A DNA stretch of 64,000 nt from a virus. Its lineage: Duplodnaviria > Heunggongvirae > Uroviricota > Caudoviricetes. Each line of letters begins with the position of its first letter. Position 1 is the first letter of the stretch. The stretch covers positions 38,209 to 102,208 of the IMG/VR virus record IMGVR_UViG_3300029705_000040; one strand, given 5' to 3'. The translations under genes were made by a program, and so were the position numbers. Below are positions 18,065 through 28,526 of the stretch, in pieces. The notes under the pieces are model-generated. The model was not told where the DNA came from, did no database searches, and saw only the letters and a program-made list of their open reading frames with translations.

Positions 18065-18220
18065 CAACTTTCTATATAAATAATAAAAAATATATTGTCG
18101 ATTATTATGATTGCGATGGATATTATCATGTAAATAAATTAGATGCTGGCTCATATAGAAACATAGCACTAGTAAACGACTTAATCGAAGCAGTAAAAAT
18201 AATTGAAAAGGATGCGAATA

Positions 18221-18694
18221 ATGAAAATTGATGTACAAAAAGTTAAGAGGGAAGTTGTAACAGTTGTAGAAGAAGATAAAACAGTTTTTATCGCTGAAAA
18301 CGGTGTAGTTTTTAATAATGAGATTGATTGCTTAGTATATGAGCATATTAGCTTAAAATTACCTATTAATAAAGATGATGAGAAACCTTTATTTAAAAAA
18401 GCTATGATAAAAGGAAAATTACATTGTTTATGCTCAACGGAAGAGGCTTTTAGAAAAGCTTTATTGACAATTTTCGAATACTATGAACCTTTATATTTTA
18501 TAACAAAAGGCTTTTTAAAACAATTTTGGGATTCTTTTCCTGCTCATAAAGATAAGTGGTTTTATGCTGAAATTGATGATTCCGGTGATAATGTTTCATA
18601 TTATCTGCATCACTCGCTTGATCTATTAGGGGAACTGAAAGAATATGTTCAAGAATATAGCGAGTTACAAAGGTTGTTTGTGGAGGAATTTTAA
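18221..18694 (+). CDS. Hypothetical protein
   Basis: AAAGGA precedes ATG 18221. Confidence 0.6.
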   Translation: MKIDVQKVKREVVTVVEEDKTVFIAENGVVFNNEIDCLVYEHISLKLPINKDDEKPLFKKAMIKGKLHCLCSTEEAFRKALLTIFEYYEPLYFITKGFLKQFWDSFPAHKDKWFYAEIDDSGDNVSYYLHHSLDLLGELKEYVQEYSELQRLFVEEF

Positions 18695-18939
18695 TGATTA
18701 AGCCTAAACATCAGCTAAAACTAATAAGAGTATTTGAGCCTAAAGTTAAATTTACATTAAGAATACTTTTTAATGATAATTCTTATTCTGATATAAAAAA
18801 TACTTATTTATTCGAAGTTAACGAAGATACTTTAAAGGTTAAATATTATTACAAAAGCATTGAAAAAGATGATATTGATGCTATAGAAGCTTATTATGAT
18901 TTGAAAGATATAAAAAAGGTAGAATGTGAGGTTAGTTAA
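18694..18939 (+). CDS. Hypothetical protein, 81 aa
   Basis: Coupled ORF. Confidence 0.5.
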   Translation: MIKPKHQLKLIRVFEPKVKFTLRILFNDNSYSDIKNTYLFEVNEDTLKVKYYYKSIEKDDIDAIEAYYDLKDIKKVECEVS

Positions 18940-18940
18940 T

Positions 18941-19213
18941 ATGCTATATGCAAAAGTAGTTAATTTAAATAACGGTCGCAAGTATGATAAAGAAAGAGCT
19001 AACGAGTATCTTAAAATTGGTGAGATTTACGAAGTATATAAAGTAGACATGGGTCGCTTCCATACAGATATATGGTTAAATGATCTAAGACTAAAAGGTA
19101 TACACTTTAATTCGGTGCATTTTAATTTTTATAAGGATAAAAGCTGTATAGAAGAGTGGGATATCTATTCTGATCCTGATCTAAATCCTTATATGGAGAT
19201 GGAGGAAGATTAA
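18941..19213 (+). CDS. Hypothetical protein
   Basis: GAGG precedes ATG 18941. Confidence 0.5.
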   Translation: MLYAKVVNLNNGRKYDKERANEYLKIGEIYEVYKVDMGRFHTDIWLNDLRLKGIHFNSVHFNFYKDKSCIEEWDIYSDPDLNPYMEMEED

Positions 19214-19569
19214 TGCTATTTCTTATGCTATTTTTACATATAGTAGATGATTATTATATGCAAGGAATCTTAGCAAACATGAAACAGAAAAGCTGGTGGA
19301 AAGAACATGCACCAGATGAGTTATATAAAAACGATTATATTTTAGCGCTCTTATGTCACGCATTTAGCTGGACTTTTATGATTATGCTACCTATTTGGGT
19401 TAGCCTTAATTTCACAGTTACACCTATGTTTGCTATAGCTTTTGTAATTAATCTAACCATACACGCTTTTGTAGATGATTTAAAAGCAAACAAAAAGAAA
19501 ATTAACTTGATAGTTGATCAAAGCATACATATCTCGCAAATTATAGTTACTTGTCTGCTTTTTAGTTGA
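19213..19569 (+). CDS. Membrane protein, 118 aa
   Basis: Multiple hydrophobic segments. Confidence 0.55.
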   Translation: MLFLMLFLHIVDDYYMQGILANMKQKSWWKEHAPDELYKNDYILALLCHAFSWTFMIMLPIWVSLNFTVTPMFAIAFVINLTIHAFVDDLKANKKKINLIVDQSIHISQIIVTCLLFS

Positions 19570-19615
19570 TCTTTTTTACGGTTTATAGTATAATAAACAT
19601 AGAGGTGATAATATT

Positions 19616-19867
19616 ATGATTATGCAGATTGAGTATGAAACTTCTTATACTGGTAGTAGTTATTATTTTTATGATGATGAAAAAGAATCTGAAGAGGAAG
19701 CTAGATATAATATCCAGGCTGATAAGTGGTCACCAAATAGCTTTTCAGTAGATGCTTTTGGCTATCAAGTGTTAGCAAAATTAATCGAGCAAGTAAAAGC
19801 TGATGCTTACGAAAAAGGTAAAACAGAAGGCTTTATTGCTGGTATGAATTTCAGTGGAGGTGATTAA
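19616..19867 (+). CDS. Hypothetical acidic protein
   Basis: ORF with GAGGTG RBS. Confidence 0.5.
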   Translation: MIMQIEYETSYTGSSYYFYDDEKESEEEARYNIQADKWSPNSFSVDAFGYQVLAKLIEQVKADAYEKGKTEGFIAGMNFSGGD

Positions 19868-19868
19868 A

Positions 19869-20123
19869 ATGCCCTGGTATGCTATTTTAGGTTTAATTTA
19901 TATATTTACACATCTTATTAGTTTAGCGGCTGGTGGGATTATAGCATGTGAAAATCCATATGATGACAATAATTTTCCATTTTTATCACCTAGAATAATT
20001 TATGAAGCGACTGAAATGAACTGGGTTGGCTGCGTTATCATGTATTTGATATATTTTGCAATCATTCCTGGTTTTGCGATTTTGAAATTTATATGGTGGT
20101 TATTCCACGCAGGAAGGGATTAA
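19869..20123 (+). CDS. Small membrane protein
   Basis: GGAGGTG precedes ATG 19869. Confidence 0.5.
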   Translation: MPWYAILGLIYIFTHLISLAAGGIIACENPYDDNNFPFLSPRIIYEATEMNWVGCVIMYLIYFAIIPGFAILKFIWWLFHAGRD

Positions 20124-20126
20124 TTT

Positions 20127-20462
20127 ATGACACAATATCTGGAAGTAGCAGGCTTTAAAATTGGATTCGCCTTTAACGAAAGTAATCCAGGCTATACTGT
20201 TTATGACTCATATAAGGCGAATGATAAGGTTACTATCCAGAAAGTCTTAAATGAGTTATGGCTAACAAAAGATTATTATGAGCTATGCAGATGCTTTAAA
20301 TACTCGAGAACAGAGAATGAGCAGCTAGAGGAATGGTTAGCCCACAACATACTTTATAATTTACATATATTAAGAAGCAGAACAAAAGATTCTGATATAC
20401 ATCAAAATGAACCTTTATTTAGAAAAGTTGGCTATAAATTGCTTTGTTTATTTCATAAGTGA
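20127..20462 (+). CDS. Hypothetical protein, 111 aa
   Basis: ORF. Confidence 0.5.
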   Translation: MTQYLEVAGFKIGFAFNESNPGYTVYDSYKANDKVTIQKVLNELWLTKDYYELCRCFKYSRTENEQLEEWLAHNILYNLHILRSRTKDSDIHQNEPLFRKVGYKLLCLFHK

Positions 20463-20468
20463 GGAAAA

Positions 20469-20849
20469 ATGAGATAGTTAGTTAGATTATCAGAAGATGG
20501 TACATATAAACCTATCTGTAAAAATTGTATAAAAAATTATCAATGTTCCGGTCAAGCAGAATGCTTATCCATAATGCTCGAACATATTTATAAACTTGAA
20601 AATGATGATAATATGTTTTTTGTAGGTCAAAAGATTCGAGTAAAAACATGGAATGACTTGCGAGATATTTGCTATTTCGATGGGGATGATTGGTTAGAAT
20701 TTTTCGATGGTAAAATATTTTATGAAGAAGGATCGAGCATTTGTGGCGAAGTGTTTGAAATTACAGACATCGAAGAAGATCAATTATACATAACAGATAA
20801 ACATGGTTATGTTCGAGCTTTATCAAAGGATTGGGTTTGGAAAGTATGA
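20469..20849 (+). CDS. Hypothetical Cys-rich protein; start probably at ATG 20469 with an in-frame TAG at codon 3 (alternative: ATG 20574)
   Basis: GTGAGGAAAAATG gives a strong RBS for ATG 20469, whereas ATG 20574 has none. Frame 20469-20849 is open apart from TAG 20475. Confidence 0.45.
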
Positions 20850-21727
20850 TTTTAGATGGAAAAAAGTTAGCAGAAGAAATTCTTGAAAATATAAAAACAG
20901 AAATTTTAGAAGAGAAAGAAAGGAATAATTTTGAGCAAATCCCTTGTAAATTAGTAGTTGTTACAGTTGGAGATGATGCTGCATCAAAAGTTTATGTGAG
21001 AAATAAACAGAAAGCGTGTGAGAAAGTTGGGATTCAATTCAAACAGGTACACTTTTCCGAGAATGAATGCTTTTCAAACATACTGAATGAATTAAAATAT
21101 CTTAACAGTTGCAAAGATGTTGCTGGCATCATTATTCAATTACCCATAGTATCAAATGTTTTAACCAAAGAAGAAAAAGATTGTTTAACAAAAAGTATCT
21201 ACGGAAGTAAGGATGTAGATGGTTTTACACCATATAGTGAGTTTGATCCTTGCACACCAAAAGGTATTATGCGACTTTTAGATTCTATCCCTGATTATGA
21301 TTTATCTGGAAAAAGCGTGTTAGTTATTGGTAGAAGTGATATTGTTGGAAAACCTGTAGCTAAGATGCTTCTTGATAGAAATTGCACAGTAACAATTGCT
21401 CATAGTAAAACTAAATACGCAGATTTGCTCGATCTATTTAATAGAAGCGAAATTGTTATCAGCGCTGTAGGTAAAAATGATGTTATAGGTTGGCAGTCAG
21501 AGGCTGACTATGGCAAATTTTCAGATGGTAAAGTCATTATCGATGTTGGTATAAACAGAAATGAACTAGGAACATTAAGAGGCGATTTTGGGGAGCTTTT
21601 CAAAGCTAATTTTTCAAATTATTACACGCCTGTACCTGGTGGTGTTGGTCCCATGACTGTTGCTATGCTTATTGAAAATACCTGGGAAAGTTATAAAAAG
21701 TTACATAACATTTATTTTCCTTTTTGA
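20846..21727 (+). CDS. folD: Bifunctional methylene-THF dehydrogenase/cyclohydrolase FolD
   Basis: MILDGKKLAEE..., VVTVGDDAASKVYVRNK, GRSDIVGKPVA, PVPGGVGPMTVAML. Confidence 0.85.
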   Translation: MILDGKKLAEEILENIKTEILEEKERNNFEQIPCKLVVVTVGDDAASKVYVRNKQKACEKVGIQFKQVHFSENECFSNILNELKYLNSCKDVAGIIIQLPIVSNVLTKEEKDCLTKSIYGSKDVDGFTPYSEFDPCTPKGIMRLLDSIPDYDLSGKSVLVIGRSDIVGKPVAKMLLDRNCTVTIAHSKTKYADLLDLFNRSEIVISAVGKNDVIGWQSEADYGKFSDGKVIIDVGINRNELGTLRGDFGELFKANFSNYYTPVPGGVGPMTVAMLIENTWESYKKLHNIYFPF

Positions 21728-21822
21728 TCTATAATAAGACTTATAAGATTTATAAACAAAATAATTTTATTTAAGAAATACGTTATATAAGAAATATATT
21801 TGGAGAATATAAAGAGAACATT

Positions 21823-22305
21823 ATGAGAATTGTTGGTAAAACATTTGCTACTGAATCCGTTCTAATTAGATGTGATTGCACAGAGCATATTATTGAGATA
21901 GGTTATCAAAATTGTCATCACAGCGAAGAAACTCTATACTATATAGATTATATTGGCTGGTATAATCATAAGAATAAGCACCCTGATTTTTACTTTAAAG
22001 ATAAGAAAGATTTTGTGGAATTTTTAGATTGGTTAATCTATTGCTGCAATTCTGAGTCTTATACTGATTCTAAATATTTCATTAGATGTGACGAAACCTC
22101 TAAAGGTACAAAACTTAGAGGTACAATAGATGTTTATGTTGATGATTTAGGTTATATGTGCTTTGAACGCTGGAAAAACTTACCTGAAAAAAGAAAAAAG
22201 AAAGAGTATTCTATGTGGCAAATTCTTATAGAAAGGGATTGGTTTGTTGAGTTAGAAGTGCAAATCAGACGCTTAAGAAATAAGGTTGTAGAGGAAGGCT
22301 TATGA
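21823..22305 (+). CDS. Hypothetical protein, 160 aa
   Basis: ORF with GGAG RBS. Confidence 0.55.
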   Translation: MRIVGKTFATESVLIRCDCTEHIIEIGYQNCHHSEETLYYIDYIGWYNHKNKHPDFYFKDKKDFVEFLDWLIYCCNSESYTDSKYFIRCDETSKGTKLRGTIDVYVDDLGYMCFERWKNLPEKRKKKEYSMWQILIERDWFVELEVQIRRLRNKVVEEGL

Positions 22306-22799
22306 TTTCAAGAGAAAAATTTATTCGAATAGTAAATTCTGCTAGAGATTTTTATAGAAGATTAGCTCTTATTGAGGAAGGTCTAGGTGTTGTTTCTGAT
22401 AAAATGTCTGATTTTCCAGGTTTAATCCTTGATGAGTTAGAAGAAGAATCAAACAGAAGATGGACGGATAAACTTTGGGATGATATTTATAACACTTCTC
22501 GAGATGCAGGCGATATCTATGATGATATTCTTGACCTCGAACCAACTCAACCTATAAAATCAGATGATATTGTTGAGGTTATTGCTTTATCTGATCTTAA
22601 GAAACTTTTCAAAGAAAAAGATGATGGAACGCTTTATTTTCAAACTGATAAAAATACATTTTATTGGATGGATGAGTTCGAACCACTTTGTGGAAAAATG
22701 TATCAGGTAGAAAATGTTTATTGGGATGATAGCTTTAGTTTAAGGGGAGTTAGAAGATTAGTACATCTACCTGCTGCTTTTGTTAAACTTATTAAATAA
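22302..22799 (+). CDS. Hypothetical protein, 165 aa
   Basis: Coupled ORF. Confidence 0.55.
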   Translation: MISREKFIRIVNSARDFYRRLALIEEGLGVVSDKMSDFPGLILDELEEESNRRWTDKLWDDIYNTSRDAGDIYDDILDLEPTQPIKSDDIVEVIALSDLKKLFKEKDDGTLYFQTDKNTFYWMDEFEPLCGKMYQVENVYWDDSFSLRGVRRLVHLPAAFVKLIK

Positions 22800-22827
22800 A
22801 TACATAAAGTCAACTATATAAAAATAG

Positions 22828-22856
22828 TTGACTTTCATTTTAATTTATATTATAAT
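22828..22856 (+). promoter_or_regulatory. sigma70-like promoter TTGACT-N17-TATAAT (copy 6)
   Basis: TTGACT 22828-22833, TATAAT 22851-22856. Confidence 0.55.
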
Positions 22857-22883
22857 AAATGTATAAATCTATAGAGGTATATT

Positions 22884-23222
22884 ATGATTGAAAGAGAATT
22901 ATTCGAAGATATAGATGATGGTGAGTTAAAATCTACAGAAGAAATCTCTATGATACTTTTGGGGGAAGAGCTTTTTAACGAAGATAGTTCTGATGATGGT
23001 ATTTTATCAGATAGTAATGATCTTTATGTGGCTTCTCAAATAGTCATACAGGCAGGTTTAGCTATCTCTACCTATGATTTCAATACATATAAAGATTCTA
23101 TTTTACAATTATTAAATGGAATTTCAGAAGCTCATAATTCTGGTCAAGAAGCAGCTGTAGATATGCTGTTAAAAATAACAAAGCAATTTGTAGCTGGAGG
23201 TATCCAATGTCAAAACTTATAA
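22884..23222 (+). CDS. Hypothetical acidic protein
   Basis: AGAGGT RBS. Confidence 0.5.
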   Translation: MIERELFEDIDDGELKSTEEISMILLGEELFNEDSSDDGILSDSNDLYVASQIVIQAGLAISTYDFNTYKDSILQLLNGISEAHNSGQEAAVDMLLKITKQFVAGGIQCQNL

Positions 23223-24214
23223 TTATGGTAGGTTTACCTGGTAGTGGTAAATCGTATGCAGCACATGTATTAAATAAAGAAAATGATTATGAGATTCTAT
23301 CCAGTGATACTTTTAGAAAAAGAATGTTTGGGGATGAAAATGATCAAGCACATAATGAGCAAGTATTTGCAGAAATGCATAAATGGTTAAGAGCTTATCT
23401 TACATATGGTAGAGATGTTATCTATGACGCTACAAATACGACAGTAAAAGCTAGAAAACATATTTTCAGTCAAATACAGGGAATCCCAGAATTAGAAGTA
23501 GAAGCTATTGTAATGAACACACCTATAGAAGAATGTATATTAAGGGATTCTTTTAGAGAAAGACATGCTGGTAGCAGCGCTATTTATAAGTTTTATTTAA
23601 GTTTTCAATTTCCACAAAAATTCGAAGGCTTTGATAGAATAAAAATTTGGGGTTATAACTGTATTCCTGAGTTTAATTTAGATTTTTACAGATCTGTTAA
23701 AAATTTAATGCTAGAAACTGATCAGAAAAATCCTCATCATATATATTCTTTAGGTCAACATTGTCAATTAGTAGCTGATAATTATGAAACACGCACTATA
23801 GAAAATATGGCTGCTACTTTCCATGATGTTGGTAAGCTTTTCACTCAGAAAATTGATGATCAAGGGATTGCTCATTATTATAGTCATGATAGTATTGGTA
23901 CATATTATCTCATAAGTCATTTACCTCTTATAGCTTACTCAGGAACTACCTGGGATGATATTTTCGAAATTCTTTTTTATGTAAACTGGCACATGAAAGC
24001 ACACAAAGAATTGCGTACAGAAAAAGCTGAAAGGAAATACAGGAAACTTTTTGGCGATGAAAGGTATGAAAAGCTTCTTAAATTTGCTGATAATGATATT
24101 ATTGCAAGTGGTACAGAATCTATCCATGATGAGCTTACTAAATGGATTAAAGAAGATAAACTCACTTTAGATGAGATCCGCAACAAAAGAAAGTTTAAAA
24201 AATTATTAAAATAA
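23207..24214 (+). CDS. P-loop (poly)nucleotide kinase fused to an HD-domain phosphohydrolase; candidate RNA-repair end-healing enzyme
   Basis: Walker A GLPGSGKS near the N-terminus; HD motifs HHIYSLGQH ... FHDVGK. Confidence 0.7.
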   Translation: MSKLIIMVGLPGSGKSYAAHVLNKENDYEILSSDTFRKRMFGDENDQAHNEQVFAEMHKWLRAYLTYGRDVIYDATNTTVKARKHIFSQIQGIPELEVEAIVMNTPIEECILRDSFRERHAGSSAIYKFYLSFQFPQKFEGFDRIKIWGYNCIPEFNLDFYRSVKNLMLETDQKNPHHIYSLGQHCQLVADNYETRTIENMAATFHDVGKLFTQKIDDQGIAHYYSHDSIGTYYLISHLPLIAYSGTTWDDIFEILFYVNWHMKAHKELRTEKAERKYRKLFGDERYEKLLKFADNDIIASGTESIHDELTKWIKEDKLTLDEIRNKRKFKKLLK

Positions 24215-24220
24215 ATTATA

Positions 24221-24267
24221 AAATCCAGGTTAAATCAGTTGATTTTTACCTGGATTTATTATATAAT
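24221..24267 (+). promoter_or_regulatory. Promoter copy 7 (TTGATT 24239-24244, TATAAT 24262-24267) embedded in hairpin AAATCCAGGT/ACCTGGATTT
   Basis: 10-bp inverted repeat whose loop contains the -35. Confidence 0.55.
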
Positions 24268-24301
24268 ATATTTGTAAATAAAAGATAGAGAGGTACATAT
24301 T

Positions 24302-24562
24302 ATGGCTAAAAAATCTGATAACAAAATGGTATGCTGCGGAACCGCACTCATGAAAGTTTTCAAAGATCTCGGTAATTATACGCAAGAATCTCAAAAGAAA
24401 GATTTACTTAATTTTGTACATAATGTATTTACTACTGAAAACGTTCCTCAAGATTATGCTAATGAAATTCTTGAGAATCTTGAAAATAAGAATGTTAAAT
24501 ATGGTGTTATATACCTTGGCGATATCGTTATGAAAGGTATGAAATTGGGAGTTATTAAATAA
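24302..24562 (+). CDS. Hypothetical protein, 86 aa
   Basis: AGAGG RBS. Confidence 0.5.
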   Translation: MAKKSDNKMVCCGTALMKVFKDLGNYTQESQKKDLLNFVHNVFTTENVPQDYANEILENLENKNVKYGVIYLGDIVMKGMKLGVIK

Positions 24563-25503
24563 TGGCTAACTTTAAGTCTATAGTTATTCCAGAAAAAATC
24601 ATTATAGTAGAAAATAGCAGCGGTCAAGGTTATGTTGTTTTACCAGATAAGCCTGATATGCTCGAATCTGCTAAAAGTTGGGCTGATGGTTGGGTTTATG
24701 GCGAGGGGGCTAATTGGACTGAAAGACATGAAAATGGATATAAGTGGGAACCTATTGTTCACGAATTCGAAAATGGAAAATTTTCTTTAACACTTTGTGA
24801 TAGTGCTGATAATTCTTATAACGGTGGTAAACTTTCTTTTTGGAATTGCATGATTAAAGCGCCTAATGGAAAAGAATTTAAGATTGGCATTAATCAAGAA
24901 CTTCTTTGTAATTTGCTTAAAGATTGCACTCTTATAAAAGGTGTTTGTCAAGAAAATATTTGGTTGGGTAAACAGCTATCTAATACAGGTGTCTATATTG
25001 ATACTATGCAAGATTTCTTGCAAGCTAAAGAAGAGCTTGAAATCAGAAAGCAGTCTAAAAGCAAAACTGTTAAATATCAAGTTGGTGATATTGTTGGTAC
25101 ACTAACTAGAAAATATGTCTATTTAGGTCAAGTTTATCGAAACTATGATGTATGCGATAATTATGACTATTCTTCTAGAGATTTTAACGCTCGAGTGTTA
25201 ATTATACGGACGCTTGCTGATCCAAAACAATATCACATGTATGTTGAAATTTTGGAAAATGGTGAGTTTTATGACTGGACAAATTGGGATAATGTGGCTG
25301 AAAATAAGCGTAAGTATACTTTGTACGGTCATATGGACATTATTCCAGAAGATGTGCTTAGTCAATTAACAGAGAAAAGAGCATATTTTTTCGGTCAGTT
25401 CTCATTTAAAGAAGAGCCGCAATTAAGTAAAGAAGCTATATTAAAAATGACGCAAGACAAATCAAATAATTATAAATATCGTCTAGCGGACATGGATTGT
25501 TAA
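24562..25503 (+). CDS. Hypothetical protein, 313 aa
   Basis: Coupled ORF. Confidence 0.6.
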   Translation: MANFKSIVIPEKIIIVENSSGQGYVVLPDKPDMLESAKSWADGWVYGEGANWTERHENGYKWEPIVHEFENGKFSLTLCDSADNSYNGGKLSFWNCMIKAPNGKEFKIGINQELLCNLLKDCTLIKGVCQENIWLGKQLSNTGVYIDTMQDFLQAKEELEIRKQSKSKTVKYQVGDIVGTLTRKYVYLGQVYRNYDVCDNYDYSSRDFNARVLIIRTLADPKQYHMYVEILENGEFYDWTNWDNVAENKRKYTLYGHMDIIPEDVLSQLTEKRAYFFGQFSFKEEPQLSKEAILKMTQDKSNNYKYRLADMDC

Positions 25504-25558
25504 ATATATTCCTGTATATACTTTATGAAAGAGTATATTTATTAACAGGATTATATAT

Positions 25559-26206
25559 ATGAAAAGTTTAACTGAATTATTTTATAATGTAGACAGGAAT
25601 GTTCCTTATATTATGGTTGGAGAAGGTGTAGACTACTGCTTTATTGAAGAAGGGTCTACACTTTATATTTATTTCGAACCTAGCGATGGTAAAATAGATT
25701 GGAAACATAATTTTATGTTTGCTAAAAGACCATATAAAGACATGAAAGAGCCTTATCGAGTACATAGAGGCTTCTTAAAATGCTGGAAATATGTCGAAGA
25801 TATTGTTATAGAAAAAATAAAAGACGCAAAATTTACTGAGATCATTATTGTTGGCTATTCTCATGGTGGTGCTTTAGCCATGTTGTGTCACGAATGCTGT
25901 TGGTATCATAGACCCGATATTAGAGAGAACATTTGGGGAATCGGTTTTGATACGCCTAGAGTATATGCAGGACTTAAGGTTAGAAAACAGCTCAAGAAAA
26001 GATGGAAAAATTTCTTAGTTATAAGAAACCACACAGATTTGGTAACACATTTACCGCCAGTTATATTTGGTTATAGCCATGTTGGTCAAATGCTAAAAAT
26101 TGGTAAAAAAGCTAAATATGGTTGCATTAAGTCTCATTATCCAGATAAAATATTAAAATCACTAGAAGAATGTCCATATAATGAAAATTGGAAATCATTC
26201 TTTTAA
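25559..26206 (+). CDS. Alpha/beta hydrolase (lipase class 3-like)
   Basis: GxSxG nucleophile elbow VGYSHGGALA. Confidence 0.55.
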   Translation: MKSLTELFYNVDRNVPYIMVGEGVDYCFIEEGSTLYIYFEPSDGKIDWKHNFMFAKRPYKDMKEPYRVHRGFLKCWKYVEDIVIEKIKDAKFTEIIIVGYSHGGALAMLCHECCWYHRPDIRENIWGIGFDTPRVYAGLKVRKQLKKRWKNFLVIRNHTDLVTHLPPVIFGYSHVGQMLKIGKKAKYGCIKSHYPDKILKSLEECPYNENWKSFF

Positions 26207-26224
26207 TAATTTGAGGAATTAATT

Positions 26225-26317
26225 ATGAAAAAATATTTTGCTATATCTGATATGCATAGCTTTTATGAGCCTATGATTAAAGCTTTATCTGATAAAGGTT
26301 TTGATAATTATTTTTAA
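26225..26317 (+). pseudogene. 30-codon fragment resembling the N-terminus of the Ser/Thr phosphatase at 27399
   Basis: MKKYFAISDMHSFYEPMIKALSDKGFDNYF versus KKWFAVSDVHSYYTELIKALDEKGFDISD. Confidence 0.4.
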
Positions 26318-26401
26318 GTAACTTATATAAGAATTATATAAAAGTTATATAATTATCCTCGCTAAATTATATAGATAATAAATATATAAGGAAATCAAAT
26401 T

Positions 26402-26536
26402 ATGGGAAATAAATTATTTAGTTTTCAGTTACCAGAAGAACTTTTAAAAAAGTTATCGGAAAAAGCAGAATAGTAGAGCTTATCTGTAGCGGCTCTCATT
26501 AGACTAATTGTATATGATTATTTGAAAAATAATTAA
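26402..26536 (+). CDS. Ribbon-helix-helix DNA-binding protein with two consecutive in-frame TAG codons
   Basis: MGNKLFSFQLPEELLKKLSEKAE-TAG-TAG-SLSVAALIRLIVYDYLKNN; TAG at 26471 and 26474 replaces the two residues before the conserved SxS of RHH proteins. Confidence 0.5.
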
Positions 26537-26572
26537 AATACATAATTACATTAAAGCGAGGATTATTTAATT

Positions 26573-27424
26573 ATGATTTTTATTTATAAACTAATGTTTC
26601 CGAATAATAAAGTTTATATAGGGTAGACAAATAATTTAGATATACGTTGGATAAATGGTGGTAAGGGGTATAAAAGGTGTCCATACGTTTGGAATGCTAT
26701 ACAAAAATACAGCTGGACTGCTATAGAAAAAAGTATTCTAGAAGTCTGCAATGACAGGGATGAAGCTAATACTAAAGAAGTTTACTGGATAGCAGCATAC
26801 AATTCAGCTGATTATAGATTCGGTTATAATATCTAGTCAGGTGGAAAGTATAGAGAACGTAGTCCAGAAGCGAATGCACGAATTAAAGAGAAGAATTCTA
26901 ACAAAATTGTAAGCGAGGAAACTCGTAAAAAGATATCAAAAGCTAATAAAGGTAAAATAAGATCAGCTGAGTATAGAGAAGCTCAATCAAACAGATTGAA
27001 AGCTTACTATCGAATGCATGAGTCAAAATCTAAAGGTAAACCTGGTCATAAGACAAAGGGTTGCTTAGGCTAGCATTGGTATAATAATGGAAAGATATCA
27101 ATTCTATGTTTTGAAGACCAAATTCCAGATGGATATGTAAAAGGAAGAATTAATGTTAAATCAGGCTATAAAATGTCTGAAGACATTAAGCAAAAATATT
27201 CTTAGAGCCATAAAGGTAAGCACATAGGAAAAAACAATAGCAATGCGAAAGCTGTTGTTAAATTAGATTTAAGTTATAATTTTATAGAAAAATATGATAC
27301 TATAAAAGAAGCTTCTGAAGCAAATAATAATATTAGCGGGATTGGGGCCTGTGCACATTACAGACAGAAATCAAGCGGAGGGTTTATTTGGAGATTTTAT
27401 GATGAATGGAAAGATACAAAATAA
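26573..27424 (+). CDS. GIY-YIG homing endonuclease with NUMOD3-like repeats; 4 in-frame TAG codons
   Basis: Verified frame. IYKLMFPNNKVYIG*TNNLDIRW, GYNI*SGG, SEETRKKISKANKGK, GCLG*HWYNNG, KYS*SHKGK; TAG at 26624, 26834, 27071, 27203; TAA 27422. Confidence 0.7.
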
Positions 27425-28304
27425 AGATTATAGTCATATAAAAAAATGGTTTGCTGTTAGTGATGTCCACTCATATTACACCGAATTGATTAAAGCCTTA
27501 GATGAAAAAGGTTTTGATATATCAGATAAATCAATGGGATTAATCTTATGTGGCGATGCCTTCGATCGCGGTGATGACACAGTTAAAGTATTCGAGTTCT
27601 TAAAAGACTTAAAAGCAAAAGATAGATTAGTATACATAATTGGAAATCACGAAGATCTTTTGTTTGATTGCATAACAGAAATGTCATATGGACACACACC
27701 TGGTTCGCATCATTTTCATAATGGTACAGTAAAAACTATATGCATGCTTTGTGGGGAGAATGAGTGGATTGTATATCGTCCAACTAATGATATTATGGAT
27801 ATGGTATATAATAAAACAGATGAGGTAAGGTCTTTTATCAGAGAGAATTGTGTAAATTATTTCACATTAGGAAATAAGATTTTTGTACATAGTTGGATAC
27901 CCTGTGTTTCTGATGACCCTAATATGTATCACAGCAGAAAAACTTATTCTAAAATCAATGATATTTGGGATAAAAATACTGATAATATGACTATTAAAGA
28001 GCTTACTGATTATAGGGATGCTTGGGAAGCTGCTCGCTGGGGTAATCCTTTTACTCAGTGGAAGCAAGGTTTTTATCCAGAAGGAAAATGCATAGTTTGT
28101 GGTCATTGGCACTGCTCATGGGGTCATAGCCATATAGATATGAAAACACCAGAATGGCCACAGAAAAATCAAGTTAAAAAATTTGAAGAAGCATTTAAGC
28201 CATACATAAAAGATAATATTATCGGTATTGATGCATGTGTTGCTTATTCTGGAAAAATAAATTGTGTTGTTTTTGATGAAAGTGGAAATGTAATAGAGGC
28301 TTAA
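27399..28304 (+). CDS. Ser/Thr protein phosphatase (calcineurin-like metallophosphoesterase)
   Basis: SDVHSYY, GDAFDRGDD, GNHE motifs. Confidence 0.75.
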   Translation: MMNGKIQNKDYSHIKKWFAVSDVHSYYTELIKALDEKGFDISDKSMGLILCGDAFDRGDDTVKVFEFLKDLKAKDRLVYIIGNHEDLLFDCITEMSYGHTPGSHHFHNGTVKTICMLCGENEWIVYRPTNDIMDMVYNKTDEVRSFIRENCVNYFTLGNKIFVHSWIPCVSDDPNMYHSRKTYSKINDIWDKNTDNMTIKELTDYRDAWEAARWGNPFTQWKQGFYPEGKCIVCGHWHCSWGHSHIDMKTPEWPQKNQVKKFEEAFKPYIKDNIIGIDACVAYSGKINCVVFDESGNVIEA

Positions 28305-28370
28305 TATGATAATTGCTATAGTATTATTATGTGTACTTTGTTTATTCGGAATAGTTGTTGGAGGTGAGTA

Positions 28371-28526
28371 ATGACTAAATATGTAGCATGCGAAGATTGC
28401 GTGTACCAAAACATATGTGAAAATTTTGACCCATTTATGCAATGCCCAGATGGTGAGTCTATTGAAATGATTAGAAAAATACCTATAACATTATTAGAGG
28501 CTGAGGATAATAAAAATGAGCTATAA
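28371..28526 (+). CDS. Small Cys-rich protein, 51 aa
   Basis: GGAGGTG RBS. Confidence 0.4.
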   Translation: MTKYVACEDCVYQNICENFDPFMQCPDGESIEMIRKIPITLLEAEDNKNEL

